From an uncultured Candidatus Actinomarina sp. (GTDB lineage Bacteria > Actinomycetota > Acidimicrobiia > Actinomarinales > Actinomarinaceae): a stretch of DNA of 64,000 nt. The notes below the pieces were generated by a model. It worked only from the letters and a program-made list of their open reading frames with translations. It made no database searches and was not told the origin of the DNA. The stretch spans positions 26,265 through 90,264 of the forward strand of contig CABZMN010000002.1 of the NCBI GenBank assembly GCA_902526825.1. The letters run 5' to 3'. The translations under genes and the position numbers were made by a program. Shown piece by piece: positions 28,028 through 38,282 of the stretch; position 1 is the first letter of the stretch, and the number at the start of each line of letters is the position of its first letter.

Positions 28028-28759
28028 ATGATTCGAAAAACAAAATTTTTAACCTTAGCGATTTTTCTTACATTCTGTTCACAACAAACAGATACAGTGA
28101 ATCAAGAAAATCAAACGTCTGAAGAAGTAAGTACTACACAATTAGAAAATGAAGAGAGCAACAATACCTCCAGCACAGTAGAAGTTGAACAAATTGAAAA
28201 ATTTAGTGATAATTTATATACAATAAACCAAGAAAAAAGTTCAGCTAGCTATCTTGCACCAAAAGACTTTTTAAACTCAAATTTAGAGATCGTCAGGGGC
28301 ACTACCAATCAAATTGTTGGCGGGTTCGAATTGACTTTAGATGATTGTGATCAAGCTGATTCATGTTTATTTATTTCAAATTTACTAATTTCAGTTGATT
28401 TATTCACTTTAAAAAGTGGTAACTCTATAAGAGATGGTGCAATTAAAAATCAATGGTTAGAGTCAAAATTATTTCCAAGTGCAATATATAAAATTGATGA
28501 ACTAGTTTTACCTAACAATAATTTCGATTCAAAAATAGATGAAACAGTAGTTGGTGTTTTAACAATTAGAAATATTGAAGTTAATATACCGTTTTCGATT
28601 ACAGCATATATGCAAGACGATAATATTTTTATTTCAGGAATAACTGAAGTTGATACGACCTGGTTTGGTTTCGACGCCCCAACTAAATTCAATGCATGGG
28701 AAGTATTAAACCCAATTGGAATCGAGATAGACTTTGTTGCCGAAAAATCTTCTGGTTAA
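28028..28759 (+). CDS. YceI-like domain lipoprotein
   Basis: Signal peptide with a lipobox-like LTFC, an acidic/Ser-Thr-rich linker, then a YceI-like beta-barrel region (...SASYLAP...GTTNQIVGGFEL...GNSIRDGAIKNQWLESKLFPSA...). Confidence 0.65.
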   Translation: MIRKTKFLTLAIFLTFCSQQTDTVNQENQTSEEVSTTQLENEESNNTSSTVEVEQIEKFSDNLYTINQEKSSASYLAPKDFLNSNLEIVRGTTNQIVGGFELTLDDCDQADSCLFISNLLISVDLFTLKSGNSIRDGAIKNQWLESKLFPSAIYKIDELVLPNNNFDSKIDETVVGVLTIRNIEVNIPFSITAYMQDDNIFISGITEVDTTWFGFDAPTKFNAWEVLNPIGIEIDFVAEKSSG

Positions 28760-28761
28760 GC

Positions 28762-29271
28762 TTGAAATTTGATAAATTAATTGAACCATACCCCTCTTTT
28801 TCGGAGGATTATGCATCTGTTGCAATTTTGATAATTGACGATAAGGAGATCCTATTTATAAAAAGATCGGAAAATTTGCCGACTCATAAAGGTCATATTG
28901 CTTTTCCTGGTGGTAAAAAAGAGAATTCAGATAAAAATATTGTTGAAACAGCTCTGAGAGAGGCAGAAGAAGAACTTTTTATTGAACAGTCATCAATTAA
29001 ACCACTTGGAAGTTTAAATCATGTTGATACTGTAGAGTATGCTTTTAAAGTCTTTCCAATAATTTGTGAAACCTTTGACAGACCAGATAGATTTAATGAG
29101 AACGAAGTTCAAGACATTTATTTTCTTAAAATTGAAGACTTAGAGAATTCGGATAATTGGATCTATCGAGGAAATTATGAAAATGATTGGATATTTAATT
29201 TTCAAGATCAAATCCTATGGGGTGCAACAGCTTACATGACAAGAGCGTTACTCGGAGTTAATTTAGGATAA
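28762..29271 (+). CDS. NUDIX hydrolase (CoA pyrophosphatase-like)
   Basis: Nudix box GGKKENSDKNIVETALREAEEELFI. I place the start at TTG 28762, 2 nt after the preceding TAA. The ORF-track ATG 28696 lies inside the upstream gene. Confidence 0.8.
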   Translation: MKFDKLIEPYPSFSEDYASVAILIIDDKEILFIKRSENLPTHKGHIAFPGGKKENSDKNIVETALREAEEELFIEQSSIKPLGSLNHVDTVEYAFKVFPIICETFDRPDRFNENEVQDIYFLKIEDLENSDNWIYRGNYENDWIFNFQDQILWGATAYMTRALLGVNLG

Positions 29272-30150
29272 GTTATTTGCCTCATCTTTTACAGCTAAGT
29301 ATAAAGACACAAAAATTAACAGCAGTGTAGGGTAAAAAACATTATTTACGATCTCATCTAAAAAGATATAACCAAGCGTAATTCCAGTGATTGGTACGAC
29401 ATAATCTACCATTGTTGTAAAAGTTGCTGAGAGTCTTTTTATTGTGTAGAAAAAGAGTGAATAATTGAATATATCTATGAATACGAGACCCATAAGTCTG
29501 AGGTTTGCTGATGAATTAAGTGGTTCAATTTCTCCACCAAGAGCAAAAAATAAAACTATTGAAATTATGCTTCCACATAGCCATTGAGTAAAAAGATATG
29601 TTTTAGCTGGAATATATTGAGAGTCTTTTTTATTTGTTATGTTACTGAGTGCTAATCCTTGAACGCCCACTAAAGCCAAGATTCCTCCTGTAAGTAAATC
29701 ACCCTCACCTGACAAACCAGTAGCACCAGACATGAATAAGATTATTAACCCAACAAGTCCAATCAGAACTGAAATAATTTTTAATCTTGTTATTTTTTCT
29801 TCTTTAAAAAGTAATAGAACCCAAAACACTGTAAACAATGGAATTGTAGAAATGAAGATACTTTGTAAGCCAGAAGATATATTCTTTAATGCATAAATAA
29901 AGGTCCAACCAGGAATAAAAATAGCAAGTGTTCCGGTTAAACTACCTTTCAAAAAAAAATTTAAACTAATCTCTCTTAAAAATTCTTTTCCACAATATAT
30001 TCCCAGTAGAACAGTTACGATTGTAATTCTTGCAGTGACAATAAAAATTTCACTTACATTGTCAATAAGTAAACTTCTATTTAGTAACCCATGAAACCCA
30101 AATAAGAAACCAATTAGAACTATATTTCTTAGACCTGCATAAGGTGACAT
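29263..30150 (-). CDS. EamA/DMT-family transporter
   Basis: About 10 TM helices in two EamA-like halves; no soluble domain. Confidence 0.78.
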   Translation of the reverse strand: MSPYAGLRNIVLIGFLFGFHGLLNRSLLIDNVSEIFIVTARITIVTVLLGIYCGKEFLREISLNFFLKGSLTGTLAIFIPGWTFIYALKNISSGLQSIFISTIPLFTVFWVLLLFKEEKITRLKIISVLIGLVGLIILFMSGATGLSGEGDLLTGGILALVGVQGLALSNITNKKDSQYIPAKTYLFTQWLCGSIISIVLFFALGGEIEPLNSSANLRLMGLVFIDIFNYSLFFYTIKRLSATFTTMVDYVVPITGITLGYIFLDEIVNNVFYPTLLLIFVSLYLAVKDEANNLS

Positions 30151-30209
30151 TGTGTACTTGGATTTTATAAAATTACTCCATTTCGATTTAGTTTATTAGA
30201 ATAGCAGAT

Positions 30210-31181
30210 ATGAAAACTGTTTTTTCAGGAATTCAACCCACTGGTAAAGTGCATTTAGGAAACTTATTAGGCGCTATAAATAATTGGGTACATTTATCAA
30301 ATGAGGAAAATAAAAACTATTTTTGTGTTGTAGATCTTCATTCTTTAACTACACATCCAGACCCTTCATTAATGCAAGAAAATATTAATGAAACTATAAA
30401 AGTCCTTATTTCTTCAGGAATTAATCAAAAAAATTCTAACATTTACATCCAAAGTAATGTTCCTGAGCATGTACAACTTTCTTGGATCCTATCAAACTTT
30501 TGCCAAATTGGAGAGCTGCAACGAATGACGCAATTTAAAGAAAAAGTAGATCAATTGGGTAGCCACGCTGGAATACTTACATATCCTGTGTTGATGGCTG
30601 CTGATATTTTAATCCACAAAGCTAATGAAGTACCTGTTGGAGACGATCAAACTCAGCATTTAGAACTAACTAGAAACATTGTTGAAAGATTTAATAATTC
30701 TTACGGTGAAATTTTTCCGTTACCTGAAAGAACAACTGGCAAAGTAGGAGCTCGATTGATGTCTTTACGCCACCCAGATAACAAAATGTCAAAAAGTAAA
30801 GATGATTTAAATGGAACAATATATTTTGATGATTCAAAAGATGAGATTATTAAGAAGTTCAAGTCTTCAGTTACTGACTCAGAAAATGAAATAAAATTTG
30901 ATAACGAAACTAAAAAAGGTATTAGCAACTTAATTGATGTTTATTCAACACTACATGAACTTACTCATGCAGATGTTGAAAATAAATTTAAAAATTCGTC
31001 TTATAGTGAATTTAAGATTGAGGTTGGAGAAAGCGTAGTAAGTTATTTAGAGCCAATTAAAGAAAGATATGACTCACTAAGTGAAGGAGATGTTGCCACT
31101 TTGATTAAAGATAATCTTGATGATGTTAAAAATTCAGCAAAAAAAACAATGGATGAAGTAAGCGCAGTTGTTGGAGTTTAG
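30210..31181 (+). CDS. trpS: tryptophan--tRNA ligase
   Basis: FSGIQPTGKVHLGNLLGA (HIGH-type), GDDQTQHLELTR, KMSKS. Confidence 0.95.
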   Translation: MKTVFSGIQPTGKVHLGNLLGAINNWVHLSNEENKNYFCVVDLHSLTTHPDPSLMQENINETIKVLISSGINQKNSNIYIQSNVPEHVQLSWILSNFCQIGELQRMTQFKEKVDQLGSHAGILTYPVLMAADILIHKANEVPVGDDQTQHLELTRNIVERFNNSYGEIFPLPERTTGKVGARLMSLRHPDNKMSKSKDDLNGTIYFDDSKDEIIKKFKSSVTDSENEIKFDNETKKGISNLIDVYSTLHELTHADVENKFKNSSYSEFKIEVGESVVSYLEPIKERYDSLSEGDVATLIKDNLDDVKNSAKKTMDEVSAVVGV

Positions 31182-31191
31182 TTCCTAGGGT

Positions 31192-33324
31192 ATGAATAAA
31201 TTAAAACCACTTCCTGAAGAATGGTCAGGATTACTAAATAATGAACAAAAAGAAGCGATTGAAAATATTAATGGTCCTTTACTCATTATTGCTGGGGCAG
31301 GTTCAGGTAAAACAAGAGTCTTAACTTACAGATATGCACATTTAATAAAAACATATGGGATAAATTTTGAAAATGTGTTGGCTATTACATTTACAAATAA
31401 AGCTGCAAATGAAATGAAAGATAGAATAAGTGATTTACTAAATCTTGAGCTGTCTCCGAAATGGATATCTACGTTTCATAGTCTTTGTGTCAAAATGTTA
31501 AGAATACATGGCCATCTGATTGGCTTTAATAATAATTTTACTATTTACGACCAAAGCGACTCTACAAAATTAGTTCGTAATTGTATGCGAGATTCTGATA
31601 TTGACACAAAACAATATTCTCCAAAAAGAATACAAGCACATATCTCATCTTTAAAAAATCAAAGGATCTTACCTGGAGAAGCTGTTGAATTTGCACAATC
31701 GTTTTTTGATGTAAAAGTCGCAGAGATTTATTCATCGTATCAGAAAAAACTTATGCTAGCTAACTCAATGGATTTTGATGACTTACTAATTAAAGCAGTA
31801 GAACTTCTTGAGACAAGTGACAAGTCCCTAAATTACTGGTCTTCAAAATTTCAATACATAATGATTGACGAGTATCAAGATACTAATATGGTGCAATATC
31901 GTCTTGTTGAACTACTTGCATCAAAACACAAGAATATCTGTGTTGTTGGGGATTCTGATCAAAGCATATATGCATTTAGGGGTGCGGATATTAGAAATAT
32001 TGAAGAGTTTGAAAGTGACTTTAAGAATGCAAAAGTTATATCTTTAGAAAAAAATTATAGGTCTTCCCAAAAAATTTTAGATATTGCAAATGCAGTAATT
32101 TCTAACAATCCAAGAAAAAAAGATAAAAAATTATGGACTGATAATGACGAAGGATTAGATGTAAATTTAGTTGAATTCAATTCTGAAAGAGATGAATCAA
32201 GATGGATAGCTGAACATATAAATAAACTTTTAGAAGATAAAGCGTTTACTGAAATTGCTATTTTTTATAGAACAAATAATCAATCAAGACTCTTTGAAGA
32301 AGAGTTAAGAAAATTAAGTTTAAGTTATAAGGTTGTTGGTAATGTGAGATTTTACGACAGGAAAGAGATTAAAGATATTCTTGCATATTTAAATTACTTA
32401 ATAAACCCTGAGGATACAGTCTCATTTGAGAGAATATTAAATGTCCCCAAAAGAGGAATTGGGGAGTCAACACTTCAGAAGTTAAGAGATTACGCAAACA
32501 AAAATGAGATTTCTTTATCAAAATCTATAGAAAATCTAGATGAAATCAATAATTTATCTGACAGGGTAAAAAAACAAATAAATAATTTCAAAGAGATAGT
32601 TAATGACTTGAAATCCTTTGCATTGCAGGGCCCTTCAGAAACAATTTCAAAAACTTTAGAATTAACAGGCTACAAAGATGAATTAGTTAAAGAAGGAACT
32701 TTAGACTCTCAAATGAGATTGGAAAATCTTGATGAATTACTTACTTCAGCATTTGAATTTGAAAATTTATACGAAGAAGACATAGAAGATCCATTTACAG
32801 TTCTAAGAGACTATTTAGAATCAATCGCACTTTTCACAGATTCAGACGATGTAGACAAAGAAGATAGAATTCTGCTAATGACCCTTCATAATGCTAAAGG
32901 ATTGGAGTTCCCGGTAGTATTCATGACTGGGATGGAGGAAAACATATTTCCTAGTCAAAGATCTGAAACTGATTTTGAAATACAAGAAGAAAGAAGACTT
33001 TGTTATGTTGGGATGACGAGGGCTGAAAAAAAGCTTTATTTAACATATTCAAATACCAGAACTATGTGGGGAGGAACAAATTATTATCTCCCAAGCAGAT
33101 TCATCGATGAAGCTAAACCCTATTTGAAAGAAATTAAAATTCATCAAGAATCAACCGATAACAAAAGTAATTCTGTAGGTTCTCTCGGAAAGAAAGTGAT
33201 ACATGAAAAATATGGTTCGGGAATTGTTGAAGAAGTGAATGGTAATGAGATTACAGTTAACTTTGGTAGAGAGCATGGAATCAAACATTTAGATATTGAA
33301 TGGGCCCCAATAATATTTGAATGA
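31192..33324 (+). CDS. pcrA: ATP-dependent DNA helicase PcrA/UvrD (SF1)
   Basis: LLIIAGAGSGKTRVLT (motif I), MIDEYQDTN (II), VGDSDQSIYAFRGA (III), NYRS (IV), TLHNAKGLEFPVVF (V), VGMTRAEKKLYL (VI). Confidence 0.93.
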   Translation: MNKLKPLPEEWSGLLNNEQKEAIENINGPLLIIAGAGSGKTRVLTYRYAHLIKTYGINFENVLAITFTNKAANEMKDRISDLLNLELSPKWISTFHSLCVKMLRIHGHLIGFNNNFTIYDQSDSTKLVRNCMRDSDIDTKQYSPKRIQAHISSLKNQRILPGEAVEFAQSFFDVKVAEIYSSYQKKLMLANSMDFDDLLIKAVELLETSDKSLNYWSSKFQYIMIDEYQDTNMVQYRLVELLASKHKNICVVGDSDQSIYAFRGADIRNIEEFESDFKNAKVISLEKNYRSSQKILDIANAVISNNPRKKDKKLWTDNDEGLDVNLVEFNSERDESRWIAEHINKLLEDKAFTEIAIFYRTNNQSRLFEEELRKLSLSYKVVGNVRFYDRKEIKDILAYLNYLINPEDTVSFERILNVPKRGIGESTLQKLRDYANKNEISLSKSIENLDEINNLSDRVKKQINNFKEIVNDLKSFALQGPSETISKTLELTGYKDELVKEGTLDSQMRLENLDELLTSAFEFENLYEEDIEDPFTVLRDYLESIALFTDSDDVDKEDRILLMTLHNAKGLEFPVVFMTGMEENIFPSQRSETDFEIQEERRLCYVGMTRAEKKLYLTYSNTRTMWGGTNYYLPSRFIDEAKPYLKEIKIHQESTDNKSNSVGSLGKKVIHEKYGSGIVEEVNGNEITVNFGREHGIKHLDIEWAPIIFE

Positions 33325-33371
33325 TATCTTTAATATTTGAACTTGGTAATATATAATCTTTTGGGGAAGTA

Positions 33372-34505
33372 ATGGACTTATTTGAATATCAAGGAAAATC
33401 TTTATATCAAAAATTTAATATAAATCACCCCAACTCAAAACTAATTAAAAACCTAAACGATTTAAATGACCCAATTAATCTCAAATTTCCCGTTGTTGTT
33501 AAAGCTCAGGTACAAGTTGGGGGAAGAGGAAAAGCGGGAGGTATCAAGGTAGCTAAAGACAATACCGAGTTAACACAATATTCTGAAGAAATATTAGGTA
33601 TGGATATAAAAGGCCACAAGGTAGAAATCCTTCTCTTAGAGGAAGCATCAAATATTTTAGAGGAATATTATATCTCATTTACTTTAGACAGGTCTGAAAA
33701 AAAATATTTAATTATGTTGAGTGCTAAAGGAGGTATGGACATCGAACAAGTTGCAGAAGAAAATCCAGATGACTTAATAAAGTTTCATGTAAGTCCATCA
33801 GAAAAATTAATGTCATCAACTATTTCTGAATTAATTCATAAAGCTAATTTGAATAAAAATCATGAAGAAAGTCTTTCTGAAATAATAGAAAACTTGTATT
33901 TGATGTTCACAGAAGGAGATTGTGATCTTGTAGAGGTCAATCCTCTTGCAATTACAGACAATGGAGTAATGGCACTTGATTCAAAAGTATCATTGGATAT
34001 GAATGCAAAATATAAACATCCATATTTTGATGATTTTGAACAAGAAATACCAATTCCTGAATCCGAGAAAAATGCAAAAGAAAAAGGATTAAATTTTATA
34101 AAACTTGATGGATCTGTTGGAATTATTGGAAATGGTGCAGGTTTAGTCATGTCTACGCTTGATGTAGTTGCTGAAAATGGTGGTAAAGCAGCAAATTTTC
34201 TTGATATTGGTGGTGGAGCAAAAGCTGAGACTGTAAGTTCTGCTCTAGAAGTTTTAGAGGCTGATAAAAATGTAAAGTCAGTATTCATAAATATATTTGG
34301 TGGAATTACAAGGTGTGATTTAGTTGCTGAAGGGATAATCGAGGCAACAAAAGGAAAAGAACTTGTATGGCCAATTATCATTAGGTTAGACGGAACAAAT
34401 TCTTTAGAAGGACTAGAGATATTAAAAGCAAACCCTAATGAAAAAATATTCATAGAAGAGTCAATGGATTCGGCTGCAAAATTGGCAGTTCAGAAAGGTC
34501 TATAA
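33372..34505 (+). CDS. sucC: succinate--CoA ligase (ADP-forming) subunit beta
   Basis: MDLFEYQGK..., VVVKAQVQVGGRGKAGGIK, ...GNIGIIGNGAGLVMSTLD..., FINIFGGITRCD. Confidence 0.96.
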   Translation: MDLFEYQGKSLYQKFNINHPNSKLIKNLNDLNDPINLKFPVVVKAQVQVGGRGKAGGIKVAKDNTELTQYSEEILGMDIKGHKVEILLLEEASNILEEYYISFTLDRSEKKYLIMLSAKGGMDIEQVAEENPDDLIKFHVSPSEKLMSSTISELIHKANLNKNHEESLSEIIENLYLMFTEGDCDLVEVNPLAITDNGVMALDSKVSLDMNAKYKHPYFDDFEQEIPIPESEKNAKEKGLNFIKLDGSVGIIGNGAGLVMSTLDVVAENGGKAANFLDIGGGAKAETVSSALEVLEADKNVKSVFINIFGGITRCDLVAEGIIEATKGKELVWPIIIRLDGTNSLEGLEILKANPNEKIFIEESMDSAAKLAVQKGL

Positions 34506-35381
34506 ATGTCAATTCTCATAGATGAAAATACAAAAGTTGTAGTACAAGGTCTGACTGGCAGAGAAGGCCAATTTCATGCTCTGAGAAATAGAGATTATGG
34601 AACCAAGATTGTAGCTGGAACAAGACCAGGAAAAGGTGGAGAAAATGTTGAGGGTATACCTATATTTGACGATGTTGAAAAAGCTGTCAGTGAAACAGAT
34701 GCTAATGTAGCCCTAACTTTTGTCCCACCTGCATTTGCAAAAGATGCAGTGTTAGAAGCTGCATTTGGAGGATGTGAATTAATAGTATGTATAACTGAAG
34801 GAATACCTGCAAAAGATGAAGCTGAAATGTATGACATTCTAAAAAAAGAAACAAAAGCATCTCTTTTAGGTCCAAATTGTCCAGGTTTAATATCACCGGG
34901 TAAGGCAAATGTTGGAATTATGCCTCACGAAATTACATTGCCGGGAAATATAGGAGTAGTTTCTAGGTCAGGAACTTTGACTTATCAAGCTGTTCATGAG
35001 CTAACAAATCTTAATATTGGACAATCAACGTGTATAGGTATTGGTGGAGATCCAGTACCTGGAATGTCATTCATAGATGTAATTGAGAAATTTCAAGCAG
35101 ATAGTGAAACAGAAGGTATCGTTATGATTGGAGAGATTGGTGGAACAGCTGAAGAGGAAGCAGCAGATTTTATTAAACAAAATGTTACAAAACCTGTTGT
35201 GTCATACATAGCTGGAGTAACTGCACCTCCTGGTAAAAAAATGGGCCACGCTGGAGCAATTGTTTCAGGTAACAAAGGGACAGCAGAAGCAAAGATTCAA
35301 GCTTTAACTGATGCTGGTGCAATAGTTGTTAAGACGCCAACTGAAATAGGAGAAGCAATGAAGGATGTTATAAATGGCTGA
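34506..35381 (+). CDS. sucD: succinate--CoA ligase subunit alpha
   Basis: [14 protein letters not shown]..., ...[11 protein letters not shown]..., [14 protein letters not shown] (phosphohistidine loop). Confidence 0.96.
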   Translation: MSILIDENTKVVVQGLTGREGQFHALRNRDYGTKIVAGTRPGKGGENVEGIPIFDDVEKAVSETDANVALTFVPPAFAKDAVLEAAFGGCELIVCITEGIPAKDEAEMYDILKKETKASLLGPNCPGLISPGKANVGIMPHEITLPGNIGVVSRSGTLTYQAVHELTNLNIGQSTCIGIGGDPVPGMSFIDVIEKFQADSETEGIVMIGEIGGTAEEEAADFIKQNVTKPVVSYIAGVTAPPGKKMGHAGAIVSGNKGTAEAKIQALTDAGAIVVKTPTEIGEAMKDVING

Positions 35382-36621
35382 AAACTTAAAAAGAACAGAC
35401 CTAATTAATGCTATTCAGGAAACAAGAAAATCTTTTGATACAGACAATCCTACTGTTCCTTTCATTGAGGGAGATGGAATTGGTATTGATATTTGGCCAG
35501 CTGCAAAAAAGGTTTTTGATGCTGCAGTCGAAAAAACTTACAAAAATGATAGAAAGATTAATTGGATAGAAGTTTTAGCAGGACAAAAAGCCTATGATAT
35601 AACTTCTGAGTGGCTTCCTGATAAAACTTTAGAAACATTTAATGAATATGGTGTGGGTATAAAAGGTCCATTAACTACACCCGTAGGTGAAGGGATAAGA
35701 TCTATCAATGTTGCAATAAGACAAGAGCTTGATTTATATGTTTGCTTGAGGCCTATCAAATATTTCAAAGGCATTCAAACACCTACAAAAAATCCACAAG
35801 ATGTAGATATCACTTTATTTAGAGAAAACACTGAAGATGTCTATGCAGGAAAAGAACTAGAAAATTCGTCAGAAGACGTTGAAAAACTTAATAATTTTTT
35901 AAAACAGGAGTTTGGATGGGATATAAGATTAGACAGCGGGATTGGAATAAAACCAATTTCTCAAACTGCGTCTGAAAGGTTGATAAGAGCATCACTCAAT
36001 TATGCCGTAGAAAATGATAAAAAAAATGTTGCTTTAGTGCATAAAGGAAACATTATGAAGTTTACTGAAGGTGCATTTAGAAAATGGGGCTACGACCTTG
36101 TAAAGTCAGAGTTTTCAGATGTTGCAGTTTCATGGGAGGATTGTGGTGGTGATCCTGGAGATAAAATATTGGTACAAGATGTTATCGCAGATGCATTTTT
36201 ACAGCAAATCCTAATTAAACCACAAATGTTTGATGTGATTGCTACCACGAATCTCAATGGTGATTATGCTTCTGACGCCTTAGCAGCTCAAATAGGGGGC
36301 ATTGGTATCAGTCCTGGAGGAAATATAAACTATGAAAATGGAAAAGCAGTTTTTGAAGCAACACATGGTACTGCTCCTAAATATGCTGGTCAAGATAAAA
36401 CAAATCCAGGATCATTAATTTTGTCAGGAGTAATGATGTTTCGATATATGGGTTGGAATAGTGCTGCTGATCTAATTGTTAAGTCAATGGAGAAAACAAT
36501 TCTCGAAGGAAAAGTAACTTATGATCTAGCTCGAGGAAGAAGTGTCGTAAAAATTCTCTCTTCATCAGAATTCGCAAATGCTTTAATCAGTAATATGAAA
36601 ACTTCAAAAAAGGAGAAGTAG
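35374..36621 (+). CDS. icd: isocitrate dehydrogenase (NADP-dependent, homodimeric type)
   Basis: ...[13 protein letters not shown]..., ...[33 protein letters not shown]..., ...[23 protein letters not shown].... Confidence 0.95.
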   Translation: MAENLKRTDLINAIQETRKSFDTDNPTVPFIEGDGIGIDIWPAAKKVFDAAVEKTYKNDRKINWIEVLAGQKAYDITSEWLPDKTLETFNEYGVGIKGPLTTPVGEGIRSINVAIRQELDLYVCLRPIKYFKGIQTPTKNPQDVDITLFRENTEDVYAGKELENSSEDVEKLNNFLKQEFGWDIRLDSGIGIKPISQTASERLIRASLNYAVENDKKNVALVHKGNIMKFTEGAFRKWGYDLVKSEFSDVAVSWEDCGGDPGDKILVQDVIADAFLQQILIKPQMFDVIATTNLNGDYASDALAAQIGGIGISPGGNINYENGKAVFEATHGTAPKYAGQDKTNPGSLILSGVMMFRYMGWNSAADLIVKSMEKTILEGKVTYDLARGRSVVKILSSSEFANALISNMKTSKKEK

Positions 36622-36624
36622 TAA

Positions 36625-37563
36625 ATGAATAAGGTTACAGTTGTTGGAGCTGGAAAGTATGGATCGATGACAGCGTTAAGAATAGCTGAGTACGATATTG
36701 TACAAGAAGTTGTAATGACAGATATCGTTGAAGGTCTTCCACAAGGGCTTGCCCTTGATATCAATCAGTCGCGATTTGTTGAGCAATTCAACACAAAACT
36801 AATAGGAACCAATGATTATAAAGACACAGAAGGAAGTGATGTAGTCGTTATAACTGCTGGTTTACCACGGAAGCCAGGAATGTCTCGAATGGATTTATTA
36901 GAGGTAAATGCAAAAATTGTTGAAGGTGTGACTCAGGAAATATTAAAGTATTCTGACAATCCTTCGATTGTTGTTGTTACGAATCCACTTGACCAAATGA
37001 CTACTCTTGCTTCAGATGTTTCTGGTTTGCCAAAAAATAAAGTCATGGGACAAGCAGGAATTTTAGATTCATCGAGGTTCGCATACTTTATTGCTGAAAA
37101 ACTATCTGTTGATACCTCTGATGTATACGCACTAACCTTAGGAAGCCATGGAGAAACAATGGTCCCTGTTCCATCACTTTGTACGGTGAAAGGAGAACCT
37201 CTTATAGATATTTTGAGTGAATCTGATATAAATGAGCTGGTTGAGAAAACTTCTAATGGAGGTGCTGAAATTGTTGGATTGCTAAAAACTGGGAGTGCAT
37301 ATTTTGCTCCTGCTTCTTCAGCGGCAGTCATGGTTAAATCAATAATAAACAATTCAGATGAAATATTTCCAGTTTGTGCTTGGCTTGAAGGTCAATACGG
37401 TATTGATGACGTATATCTAGGTGTGCCTGCAAAACTAGGTAAGAATGGTGTCACAGAAGTTGTAGAATTTGAACTTACCGAACCTGAAAAAAATGGACTA
37501 ATTGATGCTTCAAATGCTGTAAAAGCTAAGGTTGAAGAGCTTAATAACATAAAAAATCAATAA
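36625..37563 (+). CDS. mdh: malate dehydrogenase (LDH-like family)
   Basis: KVTVVGAGKYGS Rossmann motif, ...ITAGLPRKPGMSRMDLL..., ...TLGSHGETMVP.... Confidence 0.94.
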   Translation: MNKVTVVGAGKYGSMTALRIAEYDIVQEVVMTDIVEGLPQGLALDINQSRFVEQFNTKLIGTNDYKDTEGSDVVVITAGLPRKPGMSRMDLLEVNAKIVEGVTQEILKYSDNPSIVVVTNPLDQMTTLASDVSGLPKNKVMGQAGILDSSRFAYFIAEKLSVDTSDVYALTLGSHGETMVPVPSLCTVKGEPLIDILSESDINELVEKTSNGGAEIVGLLKTGSAYFAPASSAAVMVKSIINNSDEIFPVCAWLEGQYGIDDVYLGVPAKLGKNGVTEVVEFELTEPEKNGLIDASNAVKAKVEELNNIKNQ

Positions 37564-37604
37564 AATCAGTCTTTTTGAAAAAAAACCCAATATTTATTGT
37601 ATTT

Positions 37605-37634
37605 TTGAGATATTTTTAATAAAAAAACTATAAT
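37605..37634 (+). promoter_or_regulatory. sigma-70-like promoter for hup
   Basis: TTGAGA (37605-37610), 18-nt spacer, TATAAT (37629-37634), about 35 nt upstream of the hup ATG. Sequence match only. Confidence 0.4.
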
Positions 37635-37668
37635 TGCCTTAAGAATATTAAAGAAAGGCAAAACAGCT

Positions 37669-37941
37669 ATGAATAAAGACCAATTGGCAAGCGTAGTGGC
37701 ATCAGAAGTAGGATTGTCACAATCAGACGCAAAAGCAGCTGTTGACGCAGTTTTTGATGGCATAACAAACGGTATGAAGAATGGCGATAAAGTAAGTATT
37801 GCTGGATTTGGACAGTTTGAGTCAAGATACAGGGCTGCTAGACAGGGTAGAAATCCAGCAACTGGAGAAACAATCCAGATTGCTGCAAAAAATGCACCAG
37901 CTTTTAAAGCTGCAAAAGGATTAAAAGATAGTTTGAACTAA
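37669..37941 (+). CDS. hup: DNA-binding protein HU
   Basis: MNKDQLASVVASEVGLSQSDAKAAVDAVFDGI...GFGQFESRYRAARQGRNPATGETIQIAA... is the classic HU/IHF fold signature. Confidence 0.93.
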   Translation: MNKDQLASVVASEVGLSQSDAKAAVDAVFDGITNGMKNGDKVSIAGFGQFESRYRAARQGRNPATGETIQIAAKNAPAFKAAKGLKDSLN

Positions 37942-37960
37942 TTCTTGATTTTAATCATTT

Positions 37961-37990
37961 GAAAAGACGGCATAGCCGTCTTTTCTTTTT
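37961..37990. terminator. bidirectional rho-independent terminator between hup (+) and the sdh-SCP2 operon (-)
   Basis: Stem GAAAAGACGGC (37961-37971) / GCCGTCTTTTC (37975-37985), loop ATA. A T-run follows on the + strand, and the complementary U-rich tract serves the - strand. Confidence 0.75.
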
Positions 37991-38282
37991 ACTGTAATAA
38001 TTTAAGATCGCCAGAAATCTTTATTTTCTCTTCAAACATTAAATCTTCTGGATGTTTTTCATTATTTTTTAATTCGTTAAATGTTTGTACAGACATTTTT
38101 ATTATCAATCCATAATTATTGTGAGAAAGTTCTTTTGTAATTTCTCCAGTATCTAAATTTATAAAAGTGTTTTCATCTTGTTCATCAATCAATTGAAGAT
38201 ATATATTGTTTAACGATTTTTTTTCAGAAAGTTTTAAGTTCTTTATAACTTCTTCAATATCACTATTTAGGTCAGTCATCAA
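37989..38282 (-). CDS. SCP2 (sterol-carrier-protein-2)-like small protein
   Basis: About 97 aa. The C-terminal ...MSVQTFNELKNNEKHPEDLMFEEKIKISGDLKLLQ resembles the SCP2 motif (..l..G.l.p..afm.GklkikGd...a.kl). The start (TTG 38282 or ATG 38279) overlaps the sdhB TGA. Confidence 0.55.
   Translation of the reverse strand: MMTDLNSDIEEVIKNLKLSEKKSLNNIYLQLIDEQDENTFINLDTGEITKELSHNNYGLIIKMSVQTFNELKNNEKHPEDLMFEEKIKISGDLKLLQ

Noticed and set aside
30151-30209. Possible T-box or other leader upstream of trpS
   Set aside because: The spacer is only 59 nt, too short for a T-box, and shows no specifier or antiterminator structure.
31865-32047. 60-aa same-strand ORF nested in pcrA; other 60-90-aa nested ORFs (e.g. 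4481-4666, 5446-5706, 38304-38630)
   Set aside because: They are out of frame inside strongly supported genes and have no independent support.
33860-34453. 197-aa minus-strand ORF inside sucC; similar antisense ORFs at 15758-16276 (aroA), 36933-37352 (mdh), 44345-44725 (htrA), 45025-45438 (livF), 11815-12144 (groEL) and 52940-53284 (UPF0182)
   Set aside because: All are antisense to genes with unambiguous homology, have Ser/Pro/Phe/Ile-rich low-complexity products, and lack RBS or motifs. They are shadow ORFs.
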